From: a virus
Direction: 5' to 3' (one strand)
Virus record (IMG/VR): IMGVR_UViG_3300010357_002195
Coordinates: 1-60,930 of that record
DNA: 60,930 nucleotides
Shown one piece after another: positions 1 to 10,123 of this stretch. The translations under genes and the position numbers were made by a program. The first letter of the stretch is position 1; every line of letters starts with the position of its first letter. The notes under the pieces are model-generated. The model worked only from the letters and a program-made list of their open reading frames with translations, made no database searches and had not been told where the DNA came from.

Positions 1-891
1 TATGCTGAATTCGGAGAAAATAATGAAATTGGATATGTAGAATATGATGATAAGGGGAATGAGATAAGAAAGAAGGTTAAAGCTACAACCGTTGTTGATA
101 ATATAATCGGAACATTCCTTTATTTTTCTGAACAATTATTCTCTAAATCCGAAAGTGAATTCGGGGATGGCGAAGAAGCCGGTATATCCGGAAGACAGAC
201 GAGAAGAATGCAAAAGATGTCCAAAGCTCTTATTGGAAGACATGGTATTCTTGGTGCAGTTGTTCAATTCTCCGAGGTTGTTAGATTATTCTCAGAATTT
301 GGAGAAGATAATTCTATACCAATAATGGATGCCGAAGGGAAACCCGTTATGGAAAATGGAAAAGCCAAAACTCTATCGATGGATAAAATCGCCGGAAATA
401 TAGTTACTGCTCTTACAACATTCTCGGATACTCTTGCAGATAAACTTGGAGACGGCGAACCAGAAGATGCTAAAAAAGCTATCCAAAAATATAGCGGAAT
501 CATTGAGGAGCTTTCAAAATTCTCCGAGTCTTTGGATTCCCTACAAAAAGCAAACGAAACTATTGCAGATCTTGCAAAATCTATAAATGATCTTTCTGTT
601 AGTTTGGATAATTTTGATCAGGCTAAATTATCTAAATTATCTGCCATTTCCATTAGTGCTGGAGGATCGGGTGCTACTGGAGCAGCTGCCGGAGCTACTA
701 CTGCTGAAAAGATAGAAGCTAAAACAAAAACTGTCAAAGAATCTACTACGCCTGCCACAAATTGGGATCTCATTTCTGCTCAAATTGGAACCGCAGTTGG
801 AGCTCAATTAATAGATGCTATGAAGAAAGGTCAAGTCAAATTTGAGTTCAGTCCGTCTTCACCCGGAAAAGGCATTTTAAGCTTTGATTAA
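1..891 (+). CDS. 5'-truncated long ORF, possibly the C-terminus of a tape-measure-like or other virion protein
   Basis: Frame 1 is open from base 1 to TAA at 889-891, so the ORF starts before the window. It is rich in Ala/Gly/Ser helical segments. Confidence 0.4.
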   Translation, partial: YAEFGENNEIGYVEYDDKGNEIRKKVKATTVVDNIIGTFLYFSEQLFSKSESEFGDGEEAGISGRQTRRMQKMSKALIGRHGILGAVVQFSEVVRLFSEFGEDNSIPIMDAEGKPVMENGKAKTLSMDKIAGNIVTALTTFSDTLADKLGDGEPEDAKKAIQKYSGIIEELSKFSESLDSLQKANETIADLAKSINDLSVSLDNFDQAKLSKLSAISISAGGSGATGAAAGATTAEKIEAKTKTVKESTTPATNWDLISAQIGTAVGAQLIDAMKKGQVKFEFSPSSPGKGILSFD

Positions 892-893
892 TT

Positions 894-922
894 AAAACTA
901 CATATAACAAAATTCATATAAT
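894..922 (+). promoter_or_regulatory. Putative middle-type promoter AAAACT-N17-TATAAT
   Basis: AAAACT at 894-899 and TATAAT at 917-922, upstream of thyX. The same spacing recurs at 38152, 44821 and 50106. Confidence 0.6.
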
Positions 923-950
923 AAAAAAGTAGTACACTAAAAATATTTTT

Positions 951-1628
951 ATGAAATTAATCAAACCCTTTACCGAAATCCTTACCCCAATAAACGGAGA
1001 AGAAATTCTAAAATTCCTTGAAAAGGTTGCTAGAACTTGCTATAAATCTGAGGATAAGATTACTGATGATTCTGCGGAAAAAATGATCAGAATGCTTATT
1101 TCAAGAGGTCATGAAGCAATGATCGAATTTTTTGATATTATAGTTAAATTTACTTGCGACAGAGGGGTTTCCCATGAAATAGTTCGTCATAGAATGGCTT
1201 CTTATGCTCAGGAGAGCACAAGATATTGTAATTATTCGAAAGATAAATTTGATAACCAAATTACTTTCATTATTCCTAATTGGTGTATTAATATTGATGA
1301 ACAATTTTTGACCGATAGAGCTGAAATTGAATCTTCGACAAATATCAACGATGATGAAAGAAGATGGCTTATAGCTATGGCATTTGCCGAACATAGTTAT
1401 AATTTATTAATTGAAGATGGTTGGCAAGCTCAGCAGGCAAGATCAGTTCTTCCGAATTCGACTAAAACCGAAATAAATGTTAAATATAACCTACGCGAAT
1501 GGAGACATTTCTTTAAACTAAGAACTTCTCCCGCTGCTCATCCGCAGATGAGGGAATTAACGATACCTCTTCTAAAGGAGTTCCAATCAAAGATACCTAT
1601 CATTTTTGATGATATTAAAATAAACTAG
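951..1628 (+). CDS. thyX: FAD-dependent thymidylate synthase
   Basis: ThyX signature EIVRHRMASYAQESTRY, plus GHEAMIE, ARSVLP and HFFKLR...AHPQMRE. Confidence 0.95.
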   Translation: MKLIKPFTEILTPINGEEILKFLEKVARTCYKSEDKITDDSAEKMIRMLISRGHEAMIEFFDIIVKFTCDRGVSHEIVRHRMASYAQESTRYCNYSKDKFDNQITFIIPNWCINIDEQFLTDRAEIESSTNINDDERRWLIAMAFAEHSYNLLIEDGWQAQQARSVLPNSTKTEINVKYNLREWRHFFKLRTSPAAHPQMRELTIPLLKEFQSKIPIIFDDIKIN

Positions 1629-1633
1629 TTTTA

Positions 1634-1879
1634 ATGAATCCTTATGAAGAGATAAGAGACCAATTAATACGAGACATAATAGGAATTCAAGATCCTTTTT
1701 ATTCAAATGCTATAACCATTTTTCTATTTTTAGCATTTATTCTTTTTATAGCTTATACTGTAAAAATTATTATTGAAGATATAAAATGGAAAAAGAAGAG
1801 TAAAGAAAGAATGAGAGAGATTGAAAGAACATGGATAAAATTATTTAAAAAAGAAAAACCAAAAGAATGGGAAAAATAA
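1634..1879 (+). CDS. Small membrane protein
   Basis: One hydrophobic segment followed by a basic tail. Confidence 0.6.
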   Translation: MNPYEEIRDQLIRDIIGIQDPFYSNAITIFLFLAFILFIAYTVKIIIEDIKWKKKSKERMREIERTWIKLFKKEKPKEWEK

Positions 1880-2739
1880 AAAAATTAGGCCTTACTATTA
1901 ACTGTTTTGACTCAAGCGAATTATTATTTGATCTTATTTCCCAAATAAGGGATCAAGTAGACTGGGTTGCCGGTTTTTATCAAAAGAAATCTTATTGGAA
2001 AAATGCAATGGATCCAAAAGATATGGCTGAATTAGAGAGATTAAAGTCCCTAGGTCTTATTGATGAATTGATTGAATTCAAACCCAACTTTCTAAAATAT
2101 TCGAGGGAACAAGAAACAGATAAAAGAAATATGGGGATTTCTCTCGCAAAAGAAAGGGGATGCTCTCATATATTGAATATTGATGCCGATGAGTTCTATG
2201 ATAAAGATCAATTCAGAGTTGCTAAGGAAATGATTAATGAAAATGGGTGGCCTATTACTTATTGGAGCTATGTTAATTATTTCAGAGATCTAGAACATTA
2301 TCTTGTTTATCCCTTTAGACCATTTGTTCCCGGAATTCATTCCACTTATTTTAATTATACTTTCAATGGACCAGCCCCTGGTCCAACGGATCCTACAAGA
2401 AGAATCTATAATCCTTTAAATATAGGAACTTATATTTTTGAAGATGAGATAATCCGTATGCAGCATTTTGCATGGATCAGAAAAAATATAAGGAAAAAAT
2501 TAGAAAACTGGTCAGCAAAAGATCATTTTACCCCGGATCTTATTAATAAAGCTGTAAAGCAATACGAAAATTGGAAAGAAGGGGATCCTGCCATTATGTT
2601 ATTTAATGTTCCCGATAATAGTGTTTTTGTAAGAAAATTAGATGTAAGAATTACAGGTATCCAGGTTCCCTGGGTTGAGGAAGAAATGGAAAGGTGGAAA
2701 GCAAAACAGGATGTTAACAAAGAAAAAGAGGTTAAATAA
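1867..2739 (+). CDS. Glycosyltransferase, GT-A fold (family 2-like)
   Basis: ETDKRN...G...SHILNIDADEFY DxD motif and QHFAWIR near the C-terminus. Confidence 0.7.
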   Translation: MGKIKKLGLTINCFDSSELLFDLISQIRDQVDWVAGFYQKKSYWKNAMDPKDMAELERLKSLGLIDELIEFKPNFLKYSREQETDKRNMGISLAKERGCSHILNIDADEFYDKDQFRVAKEMINENGWPITYWSYVNYFRDLEHYLVYPFRPFVPGIHSTYFNYTFNGPAPGPTDPTRRIYNPLNIGTYIFEDEIIRMQHFAWIRKNIRKKLENWSAKDHFTPDLINKAVKQYENWKEGDPAIMLFNVPDNSVFVRKLDVRITGIQVPWVEEEMERWKAKQDVNKEKEVK

Positions 2740-2750
2740 ACCTCTTTTTT
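2723..2750. terminator. Bidirectional intrinsic terminator
   Basis: AAAAAGAGGTT...AACCTCTTTTT inverted repeat between convergent genes. Confidence 0.75.
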
Positions 2751-2751
2751 A

Positions 2752-3504
2752 TTATCCTGTTGATGCTATAAAATTAATGGTTTTATTGGGAATATCTGAA
2801 AGATCCTTATATGATTTTGATCTTGCTCGGTGAGTATGAACAAAAAAACCATTTTTATCTGCACCAATTCCTACTTCGCTAAATTTTTTTCCACCAATTT
2901 TTGGTTTCCCTATTCCATGAGCTTTTCCATCTTTAAATCTTGAAACCCCCAATTGAAGTATTTTTTCTTTTATATCTTTTGGCAAATGGCTTCTTTTGAC
3001 AGCTTCTCTTGCATTATCTTTTTCATTCAAAAAATCTTCAAAAGAAGGATACTCAAAAGACTCAAATCCTGGATAATCCCTAATGGCCATTTCTGGGGAT
3101 AAATCATTTTGAATTAATTCGGCAGATGTTGGGTCTACTCTTTCAGTTTTGCCTGTTTCTGAATTTATTATATTATAATAAGAAATATTACCATCGTTAT
3201 CAGTTTCCTCCGAAACTATCTTACCTGTTATTTTCTTTTTTGTATCTAGAGAAATTCCCTCTATTTCACATCCAATATGAACATATTTTTCATCATCTTG
3301 AGGAGTTGGGGCTTGCTGAAGTTTTTGATCAAGGTCTTTAACGTCATAGGTATACATTAAATTTGGACCTCCTTTATTTTGAGAGCTCTGGCCAAATCCC
3401 ATACCTCTTCCGCTAGCATTTCCATATCCGGCGTTACCACCATAAATGGAATATCCTGCTCCACCCCATTCGTTGATTGTATCTGATATTTTCTTTGCTC
3501 TCAT
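2752..3504 (-). CDS. Hypothetical protein with MRAKKISDTINE leader
   Basis: Long ORF with a Gly-rich N-terminus after the leader and internal FLNE. AGATAAATAG lies just upstream. Confidence 0.6.
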   Translation of the reverse strand: MRAKKISDTINEWGGAGYSIYGGNAGYGNASGRGMGFGQSSQNKGGPNLMYTYDVKDLDQKLQQAPTPQDDEKYVHIGCEIEGISLDTKKKITGKIVSEETDNDGNISYYNIINSETGKTERVDPTSAELIQNDLSPEMAIRDYPGFESFEYPSFEDFLNEKDNAREAVKRSHLPKDIKEKILQLGVSRFKDGKAHGIGKPKIGGKKFSEVGIGADKNGFFVHTHRARSKSYKDLSDIPNKTINFIASTG

Positions 3505-3511
3505 AATCTAT

Positions 3512-3955
3512 TTATCTTATACCAACCCAATCTTTTCGAGTAATAAACCCATCAATATTTCCTCCCCTATAATATAAAACTTTATTTTGATCGGGTAAAC
3601 TTTTAATAATTCCTCTAAAGACCATTAATTCTCCAGGTTTTAACCTTGAAAAAATTTCTTTAGAATCAAAATCATCTTTGAGATCATCTGGATCTATATC
3701 ATTATTTTCGCAATAATAGTCCAAATCAAAGGTTAAATATTGATCCAAAGGTAAAGGATTTTTATCATATTCTATAGCTTTCGCAAGAGTAGGATTTGTC
3801 TCCATCCAATCACGAAAGGCTTCTCCATTAACTTCATTATCTGGATCAGTTAAAGCCCTATAAAGAAGGGACTTGTATTTTCCTAAAGAAAGAGATCTTT
3901 TTGGATTCTGGCCTCTTTGAAAGTTATATGCTTCGAATACTTTTAGTGCTTTCAT
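3512..3955 (-). CDS. FERG-tag module protein
   Basis: N-terminus MKALKVFEAYNFQRGQNPKRSLSLG matches the recurring tag. Confidence 0.7.
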   Translation of the reverse strand: MKALKVFEAYNFQRGQNPKRSLSLGKYKSLLYRALTDPDNEVNGEAFRDWMETNPTLAKAIEYDKNPLPLDQYLTFDLDYYCENNDIDPDDLKDDFDSKEIFSRLKPGELMVFRGIIKSLPDQNKVLYYRGGNIDGFITRKDWVGIR

Positions 3956-4398
3956 TAGTATGTAAAAAGTATTAATTCTGCAACCGCAATAAAAGGATCT
4001 TTATTTTCCCTAGAATAATCATTAGATATTGCAATCCAATGAGAATATTTTTCTTTTAATTCCTTAAGATGTTTTTCATCTTTTGCAACAGGAAATCCGT
4101 ATGCGCTGCTCTTAAATTCATAATCAAAAGGAGTTATTTTAAAAACCGAAAAATCATTTTTTTCTCCATTGATGTAAACATCAGCAAACTCATCACCTTC
4201 TATTTTATTAAAAACTAACCGGACCCTCATATTATAAAGATCAAAACTATTTTCTCGATCGACTTCAATAGTTTGTTCTTCTCCTTCATAATCCTTAAAA
4301 GTTTTAGAAGTAGTTCTATGTTTTCCTACTTTTAAGGTTTTTTGAGGGGGATCTCCTCTTTTAAATTCTATATTTTCAAAAACCTTCTTGGCTATCAT
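3955..4398 (-). CDS. FERG-tag module protein
   Basis: N-terminus MIAKKVFENIEFKRGDPPQKTLKVG. Confidence 0.7.
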   Translation of the reverse strand: MIAKKVFENIEFKRGDPPQKTLKVGKHRTTSKTFKDYEGEEQTIEVDRENSFDLYNMRVRLVFNKIEGDEFADVYINGEKNDFSVFKITPFDYEFKSSAYGFPVAKDEKHLKELKEKYSHWIAISNDYSRENKDPFIAVAELILFTY

Positions 4399-5927
4399 AC
4401 AAAGATTAAATAATCTATTTGAACTGGGAAAGTTTGAGGATTATAAACATAAAATCCATCAATTAAATTCCTTGTATCCCCATTATCAGGAGCTGAAGTC
4501 CAAATATACGCATCTCCAACTTTTTTCCAATCCTCGTTTTCTGTAATCCATTCAAGATAATCTCCTGCGCTCATTTGAGTAGCATTAGAGCAACCACTCA
4601 TACCAACTTCAATTGTTTTAACAACCGGAGTATAATAGGTTGATGAATCAGTCTCATAAGAAATAGAACAATCTATAGTTTCATTAATTGTAATAAGAGT
4701 ACAATTGGATAAGGTAACCATGCTAGGATCATAGGAGCAATTATAAAGTGTACATCCAGATAATGAAACGTCTTCTAAGAAAGATGTAAATATGGAGCTA
4801 TCCTGAATAAAAGCATTGTTTATAGAACAGTCGTTTACAATAGATAAAGCTATTTCAACTCTGCTTGAAGGATCCCCATAAGGAAGTAAAGGATAATCTT
4901 TGTTTACCCAGGAATTTTCAATAGTTCCATTTAAAGTTGATTCAAGATTTAATCTAGAATTAAATAAAGATGAATCCGCTAGCTGATAATATGCGTAAGA
5001 GCAATCTACTGCAAGAACATAGGATTCACTTCCAGAGCTAGCATCCAAACCAACGGAAGCATCTGTAAAATCTGTTATAAATGGTCCAAAAGAAATCGAA
5101 GGATCAAATGTTATCTCTATATTTTTTAAAAAGTTGTCAATCTGAATAGGCTCGAAAATAGTAACAATATCTGTAACATGATTAATATAAATCCATTTAT
5201 TATAACTTAATTCTGTTGCTGGATATGTAGCTTTTAAAATAATTCCTTGCATTGCTGAATTAGGATACTTAGCATAAAGAACCATTTTAGAAAGATCCTC
5301 TTCTAATTCAAATATTTGAGGAACATTTATTCCCCCTATGATAATAGCAGGGAAAGGCGAACTAGCATTTTCAGAAGCATCTATAAGAGTTAGTTCAATG
5401 TTGGAAATATTAAAATCCCATCCTGCCTGAGTTCCGGTAAAAGAAAGATCACTAGGATCATAAGTAGTTGTAATCTTTGCTTGAATATTGGATAAAGCTA
5501 TATCTAAAGCTTGATCTATTGTGATATTATTTGAATAGTCTGCGGAAGCTTCAACATTAAATTGATAATATTTGAAATTTTTATAAAAGCCAATCGAAAG
5601 ATCGACAGTCATAAAATATGGATTCAAATCATTATCCGTGAATGCAGGAATAGTAAATGCTTGCGATCTAAAATCAAGACCCTTCGTTAATCCAGGGATA
5701 AAAATTACTTCTCCTGGTTCTACAACTTTCATTTGAGAACTATAAGAGGAAACGGGAATTTTAATATCTGAAAAAGATATTGAAGCAAGAGTGTTGCTTC
5801 CCTGTATAACTCCTACAGATTTATTTGGTAAAAATTGTAGGTATGAATCATCTCCAGCCCCCGCACATGGTGAAAGAGCGGGATAAACATAGTTATTGCT
5901 AGAATTATTAAATACATCTGTAGCCAT
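4395..5927 (-). CDS. Putative structural protein rich in D-x-S tripeptides
   Basis: Beta-rich composition, about 19 D-x-S motifs, GAATAAATAA late-type motif at 5949-5958. Confidence 0.55.
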   Translation of the reverse strand: MATDVFNNSSNNYVYPALSPCAGAGDDSYLQFLPNKSVGVIQGSNTLASISFSDIKIPVSSYSSQMKVVEPGEVIFIPGLTKGLDFRSQAFTIPAFTDNDLNPYFMTVDLSIGFYKNFKYYQFNVEASADYSNNITIDQALDIALSNIQAKITTTYDPSDLSFTGTQAGWDFNISNIELTLIDASENASSPFPAIIIGGINVPQIFELEEDLSKMVLYAKYPNSAMQGIILKATYPATELSYNKWIYINHVTDIVTIFEPIQIDNFLKNIEITFDPSISFGPFITDFTDASVGLDASSGSESYVLAVDCSYAYYQLADSSLFNSRLNLESTLNGTIENSWVNKDYPLLPYGDPSSRVEIALSIVNDCSINNAFIQDSSIFTSFLEDVSLSGCTLYNCSYDPSMVTLSNCTLITINETIDCSISYETDSSTYYTPVVKTIEVGMSGCSNATQMSAGDYLEWITENEDWKKVGDAYIWTSAPDNGDTRNLIDGFYVYNPQTFPVQIDYLIFV

Positions 5928-6018
5928 GCTATTAGCCTTTTATTTTTATTATTTATTCGTGAATAAAAAGAATAGAATGGATTTTTATAAAAAGTTATTA
6001 TTTGCTGTTTAAGACAAC

Positions 6019-6077
6019 AAATCCCTAAGGCAAGGATTAACATGACTTAGGGATTTAAACTTAGCAGGCACGTGCCT
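6019..6077. repeat. Intergenic inverted repeat plus 12-bp palindrome
   Basis: AAATCCCTAAG (6019-6029) pairs with CTTAGGGATTT (6046-6056). AGGCACGTGCCT lies at 6066-6077. Confidence 0.7.
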
Positions 6078-6115
6078 ATGAGTTGTGCCAATGTATTTAG
6101 GGGTCCTTTTGATAT

Positions 6116-6397
6116 TTAGATTTTATCCCAGGTTCTTCGATTTTCAGGAATAGGAATTCCAAACTTATCGAGCCTTATTTTTTCTTTTTTTGGAATAGCT
6201 TTAGCATCAATAACTTCTACCCCATCTATTATAATAGAGGGAACATATTCTTCTGCTTCCTTCTTTTTCTTCTTTTCAAAATCTTCTTTTTTAATACGTT
6301 CAATAAGTTCTTGACCAGGAGAAGGTTTTTTCAATTCCTCTACGGGGTTTATTTCTTCTTTATCAGGAGCGAGCTCTTCTTTCACCCCTTCATCCAT
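6116..6397 (-). CDS. Charged hypothetical protein
   Basis: ORF in the same strand block with a 4-nt gap to the upstream gene. Confidence 0.55.
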   Translation of the reverse strand: MDEGVKEELAPDKEEINPVEELKKPSPGQELIERIKKEDFEKKKKKEAEEYVPSIIIDGVEVIDAKAIPKKEKIRLDKFGIPIPENRRTWDKI

Positions 6398-6405
6398 GCT
6401 CGCTC

Positions 6406-7698
6406 CTAAGCTTTTTTTGAGTCCTGGGGTTCTTTTAATTCTTTATCGTCCGAGATCTTGCCAAAATGATAAACATCTCCATTCGAATCTACATAAGTTT
6501 TCTTAAGATGCCACCCCCTTGTTTTTGTAACAGGGGTTTTTTCCTCTGTAATTCGGGATTCCTCCGCTTCTTTTATTGTAGCTTCAACAGCTTGCTCCAT
6601 TATTTCTGGAGAAGTAACATCTTCTATTTCATTACTTACTTCTGGCAAATTTTCTTCTGGAATGATAATTTGAGAAGGATGGGCATCAATTATTTTTGAA
6701 GTTGTTTCCGGGATTAATGAATTTGCTTCTCGATCAAGATAATCCATTCCTTCCTGTACATCAAAAGCACTGTCTATTCCCCTAGCACTTTCTTTTTCCC
6801 TAAGCCTTCTTTCTACCTCATTTTCGATTATCTCATCTATTTCTTTTTCAGATCTTTGAAGAGGAGTCATATTATCTTGAAAATATTCCTTTTCAAATTC
6901 TTCGTTTGCTTTCTCGTGATCTCTTAATTCAATAGAGATAGGGTCTTTAATAATTTCAACTCCTCCTTCACCAATAATTGGATTTTCCTCATATTTTGTA
7001 GCTGGGCCAGCAGTAGAAAGAAGGGTATTCTTAAGTTTTTCCAAATGATTATCTCTATCAAGGATCTTTCCGATAGTTTCGCTTAAATCTGAAGTTTCCT
7101 TTGGTTTATTCTCTTCCTTTAGCTCTTCCTCTCTTGGTTTATTCTCTTCCTTTGGCTCCTCCTTATTAGCTTCATTTTCCTCAGTAATCATTTTAATATT
7201 ATTAGCAACTAATGCTGTCATACCAAGAGCAACTATAGGAAGCAAAGCACCCGCAATCCAAGAAATAATAACTTGATACATTTCAGCATTCTCTGCTTGA
7301 ACTCCAATTAGGATAGATTTTTGCCAATATTGCCAATCGTCTGATCCTGAATTTGCCATAAATTTAAAAGAAGCATAAACATTGGCGGTTACCTGTAATG
7401 CAGTTAATAGAAACATCAATGCCCACGGAAGAAACTTATCTTTATTTTTGGTCATTAATATTGAAAACAATACAGATGCTTGTCCAATTTCATAAGTAAT
7501 ACCAAGAAGTACTGCAAGGCCAACAGTATTCGCTAAGTTGAAAAATGTAATTGAGTGTAAAGTTGATACAAATCCTACACACAAATATAGGAGGGCAAAT
7601 GTAACAATAAGCCCCCAATAAAGACCTTTGTTTGTAATTTTAAAATTTTTTAAATTCATATAATGATTTTTATATTTTAACGTATCCTGAATTTTCAA
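6406..7698 (-). CDS. Membrane protein with about 4 N-terminal TM helices and an acidic cytoplasmic tail
   Basis: Hydrophobic segments in aa ~25-170, then an E/K-rich region. The real start may be 7659. Confidence 0.7.
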   Translation of the reverse strand: MKIQDTLKYKNHYMNLKNFKITNKGLYWGLIVTFALLYLCVGFVSTLHSITFFNLANTVGLAVLLGITYEIGQASVLFSILMTKNKDKFLPWALMFLLTALQVTANVYASFKFMANSGSDDWQYWQKSILIGVQAENAEMYQVIISWIAGALLPIVALGMTALVANNIKMITEENEANKEEPKEENKPREEELKEENKPKETSDLSETIGKILDRDNHLEKLKNTLLSTAGPATKYEENPIIGEGGVEIIKDPISIELRDHEKANEEFEKEYFQDNMTPLQRSEKEIDEIIENEVERRLREKESARGIDSAFDVQEGMDYLDREANSLIPETTSKIIDAHPSQIIIPEENLPEVSNEIEDVTSPEIMEQAVEATIKEAEESRITEEKTPVTKTRGWHLKKTYVDSNGDVYHFGKISDDKELKEPQDSKKA

Positions 7699-7951
7699 TT
7701 TGATCTATGAGATTATTCAAGTATTCTGGGATTTTTACAAATCCCCAGATGCGCTCTTCTGTTCCATCTAATTTTTTAACAATTAAAAGTGGTTCAGCTG
7801 GGTATTCAGTCATGACTTCATTAATCATACTTACACTTTTGATATTGACAGCATTTAGCATTTCATCGCTAATATCTGTATGAATAATTTCATGCAAATG
7901 TTTTGAATATAGCGCAATTTTTTCTCTTAATTCAGGAGTAATTTCGTTCAT
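7670..7951 (-). CDS. Hypothetical protein
   Basis: ORF packed in an operon. Confidence 0.55.
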   Translation of the reverse strand: MNEITPELREKIALYSKHLHEIIHTDISDEMLNAVNIKSVSMINEVMTEYPAEPLLIVKKLDGTEERIWGFVKIPEYLNNLIDQIENSGYVKI

Positions 7952-7956
7952 TGTAT

Positions 7957-8313
7957 TTATTTTTTAGAGGTGTCTTTAACTTCTTCAGCGCCTTTAACAG
8001 TAATAGTTGTATTTGAACGAACTTTTTCAACGGCAGATTGAACAGCTTCAGCTCTTTTGTTAGCAGCATTTACCTGTTCGTTTGCAAGTTTAAGTTCGAA
8101 ATTCAATTTCTTTATACTGTCCTGGGAATCCCTGTAATAATTATTGTAAAGAGTTTTTAGAGAATCTATTTGCTCAATGTATTGTTTTGATCCCATATTC
8201 AAAAGAGTTTTTCTATTGCAACTCTGCACACTCTTAATCATAAGTAAAAACAATAAAGCCAAAGCAAACCATTTCATGTTTTTTGAAAAAAATTGTTGTG
8301 GTGTTGTAGCCAT
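7957..8313 (-). CDS. Membrane-anchored coiled-coil protein, spanin-like or lipoprotein
   Basis: N-terminal hydrophobic helix ending VQSC, then a coiled coil. GAATATATAA at 8331-8340 upstream. Confidence 0.45.
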   Translation of the reverse strand: MATTPQQFFSKNMKWFALALLFLLMIKSVQSCNRKTLLNMGSKQYIEQIDSLKTLYNNYYRDSQDSIKKLNFELKLANEQVNAANKRAEAVQSAVEKVRSNTTITVKGAEEVKDTSKK

Positions 8314-8376
8314 AATTTAATTATTTGTTTTTATATATTCTTGCAAAAACTTTCTTACGAAGTTTATACAAAAAAG

Positions 8377-8441
8377 AGGGATATTAGTTTTTTATATCCC
8401 TCCATATTTCAAAAAAATATCCCTCTATTCAAGGGATATTT
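8377..8441. terminator. Two tandem hairpins sharing an ATATCCCT core
   Basis: GAGGGATAT...ATATCCCTC and AAATATCCCT...AGGGATATTT just downstream of the 8461 gene. Confidence 0.55.
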
Positions 8442-8460
8442 GTTAAAGAAATGTTAAAAA

Positions 8461-9138
8461 TTATTCAGATTTTTCTATGGAAAGATCTCCTATCTCTTCT
8501 GTAGGAGGAGTTCCTGAATTTCCGTCTAATTCTTCATCTAATGAAACTTCCATTGTTCCGAGATCTTCTCCCTGAGTTCCTGGCTCTTCCATTGGAGCAG
8601 GTTCTAATTCAAGATAAAATCCCTGCTGCATAGCTGCATACTTATCTTGAAGGAATTGAATATTCTTAAGCTCTTCTCTTGCTTTATTAAGAGCGACGGA
8701 AACAGATTCCATTAAAGGAAGATATTGTTCTCCTTCGGATTCAAAGTCTTGAGCTGATTGAAGACCAACTCCGCCAGGATTCATAAGAGAATAATAAACA
8801 AATTCAAGAGCCTGATAACCAAGTTTTAGAGGCTCAGTTCCATTAAGAAGATTTTCAGCTGCTCTTAATTCTTCATCAAGTTTAACTACACCCATCCATC
8901 CATTTTTGGTCCAGAAAAGACGATTCCTTACATAATGGGAAAGATAGCTACAATATTCTCGAGCATCTTTATTCCCACCTATTTCCCACATTTTTACGGG
9001 AAATGCTTTTGCTGCTGCTTCAAATTCTTCTCCTGCAGCTTTTATTTCTTCTTCAGAAGGTTTATTTGGGCTTGCTTCAACAGCTTCGGATAATTTTTCT
9101 TTTAATTCTTCAACGTTGTTAATTTCAAGTTCTGCCAT
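8461..9138 (-). CDS. Hypothetical protein with acidic tail
   Basis: Long ORF with typical codon usage. Confidence 0.65.
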   Translation of the reverse strand: MAELEINNVEELKEKLSEAVEASPNKPSEEEIKAAGEEFEAAAKAFPVKMWEIGGNKDAREYCSYLSHYVRNRLFWTKNGWMGVVKLDEELRAAENLLNGTEPLKLGYQALEFVYYSLMNPGGVGLQSAQDFESEGEQYLPLMESVSVALNKAREELKNIQFLQDKYAAMQQGFYLELEPAPMEEPGTQGEDLGTMEVSLDEELDGNSGTPPTEEIGDLSIEKSE

Positions 9139-9158
9139 GGTTTCACTTTATTTTTTAA

Positions 9159-10094
9159 TTATAGAGATGATGAGGAAATAAGTTTTTCAAATTCTTCATA
9201 ATTTTTATTTACAATCATAATAAATTGAAATCCTTGCTGAATAACAGCTTTTTTCTTAGCCCTAATTGTTTGTTTATCCCTTTTGGCTAAATATTTATTT
9301 TTTACCTCTATAATTAAATTTATAGAGGGAATATAAAAATCAGGATAATAAATTCTTTCTTTATCTCTAAATTTATATTTTATAAAAGGAGCTCTTTGGA
9401 TATTTAATAAATCATAATATTTTTCTAAGAAATCTAATTCATAAGACCCTTGATAAAATAAAGAAGATTCTTTATATCTTTTTATAAAAAGACCAGATAA
9501 TTGTTGTTTTGAAAAAACCCCCAAACTTTGAATAGGATTAGGCATTCCATATCTTAACATATTTGTTTTATGAATTTTTTCTACTAATTCTGAAGACTGG
9601 AATGTATATTCCCCGCCATATTTTTCTTTTCTTGTTATTGCCCCCTTTTTCTGAATTTTTTTAGATTGAAAGGGTAATTCTACCCCTAATCTTTCCAGAT
9701 TCTTTCTTCTTATGTTCCTTTGAATCTCTAAATTTTGCATAGGACAAGAATTTCCATAAATTTCTTCATTAGTTATTTTAATTTTATTTCGAATATCTTT
9801 CAACTTATTTACATTTGAGACCCCATATCTTTCAATAGAGGTCCTTTCAACATTTTTAGGAACCCCGGCCTTTTTGCATTCATTTGAGCAATAGATTTTA
9901 TAAGCATTTTGCCATTTATTTGTATAAGGGGTAGAAGAATGACAGATAGGGCAAACCCCATCCCCCTTTTTCTTCAAATAGTTATCATAATATTCTTTTT
10001 TTGATATGTTATGAGTATTAATATGCTTTGATAAATGAGATAAAGTAGGGTATTCCTTCTGACATATTTGACAAATAAACTTTTCTTTTTCCAT
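9159..10094 (-). mobile_element. Putative free-standing homing endonuclease (zinc finger + repeats + PD-(D/E)xK domain)
   Basis: CQICQ...HINTH finger, CPIC...CSNEC, ERYGV-type repeats and YYPDFYIPSINLIIEVK. Close paralog of 15031..15897. Confidence 0.7.
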
Positions 10095-10120
10095 GAATAT
10101 ATAATTTAAAATATATATCC
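10095..10120. promoter_or_regulatory. Back-to-back late-type promoter motifs
   Basis: GAATATATAA on + (10095-10104) and GGATATATAT on - (10111-10120) between divergent genes. Confidence 0.55.
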
Positions 10121-10123
10121 GAA

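Noticed and set aside
5813-6043. 76-aa minus-strand ORF overlapping the start of 4395..5927
   Set aside because: It spans the promoter motif and A/T-rich intergenic DNA, and its composition looks non-coding.
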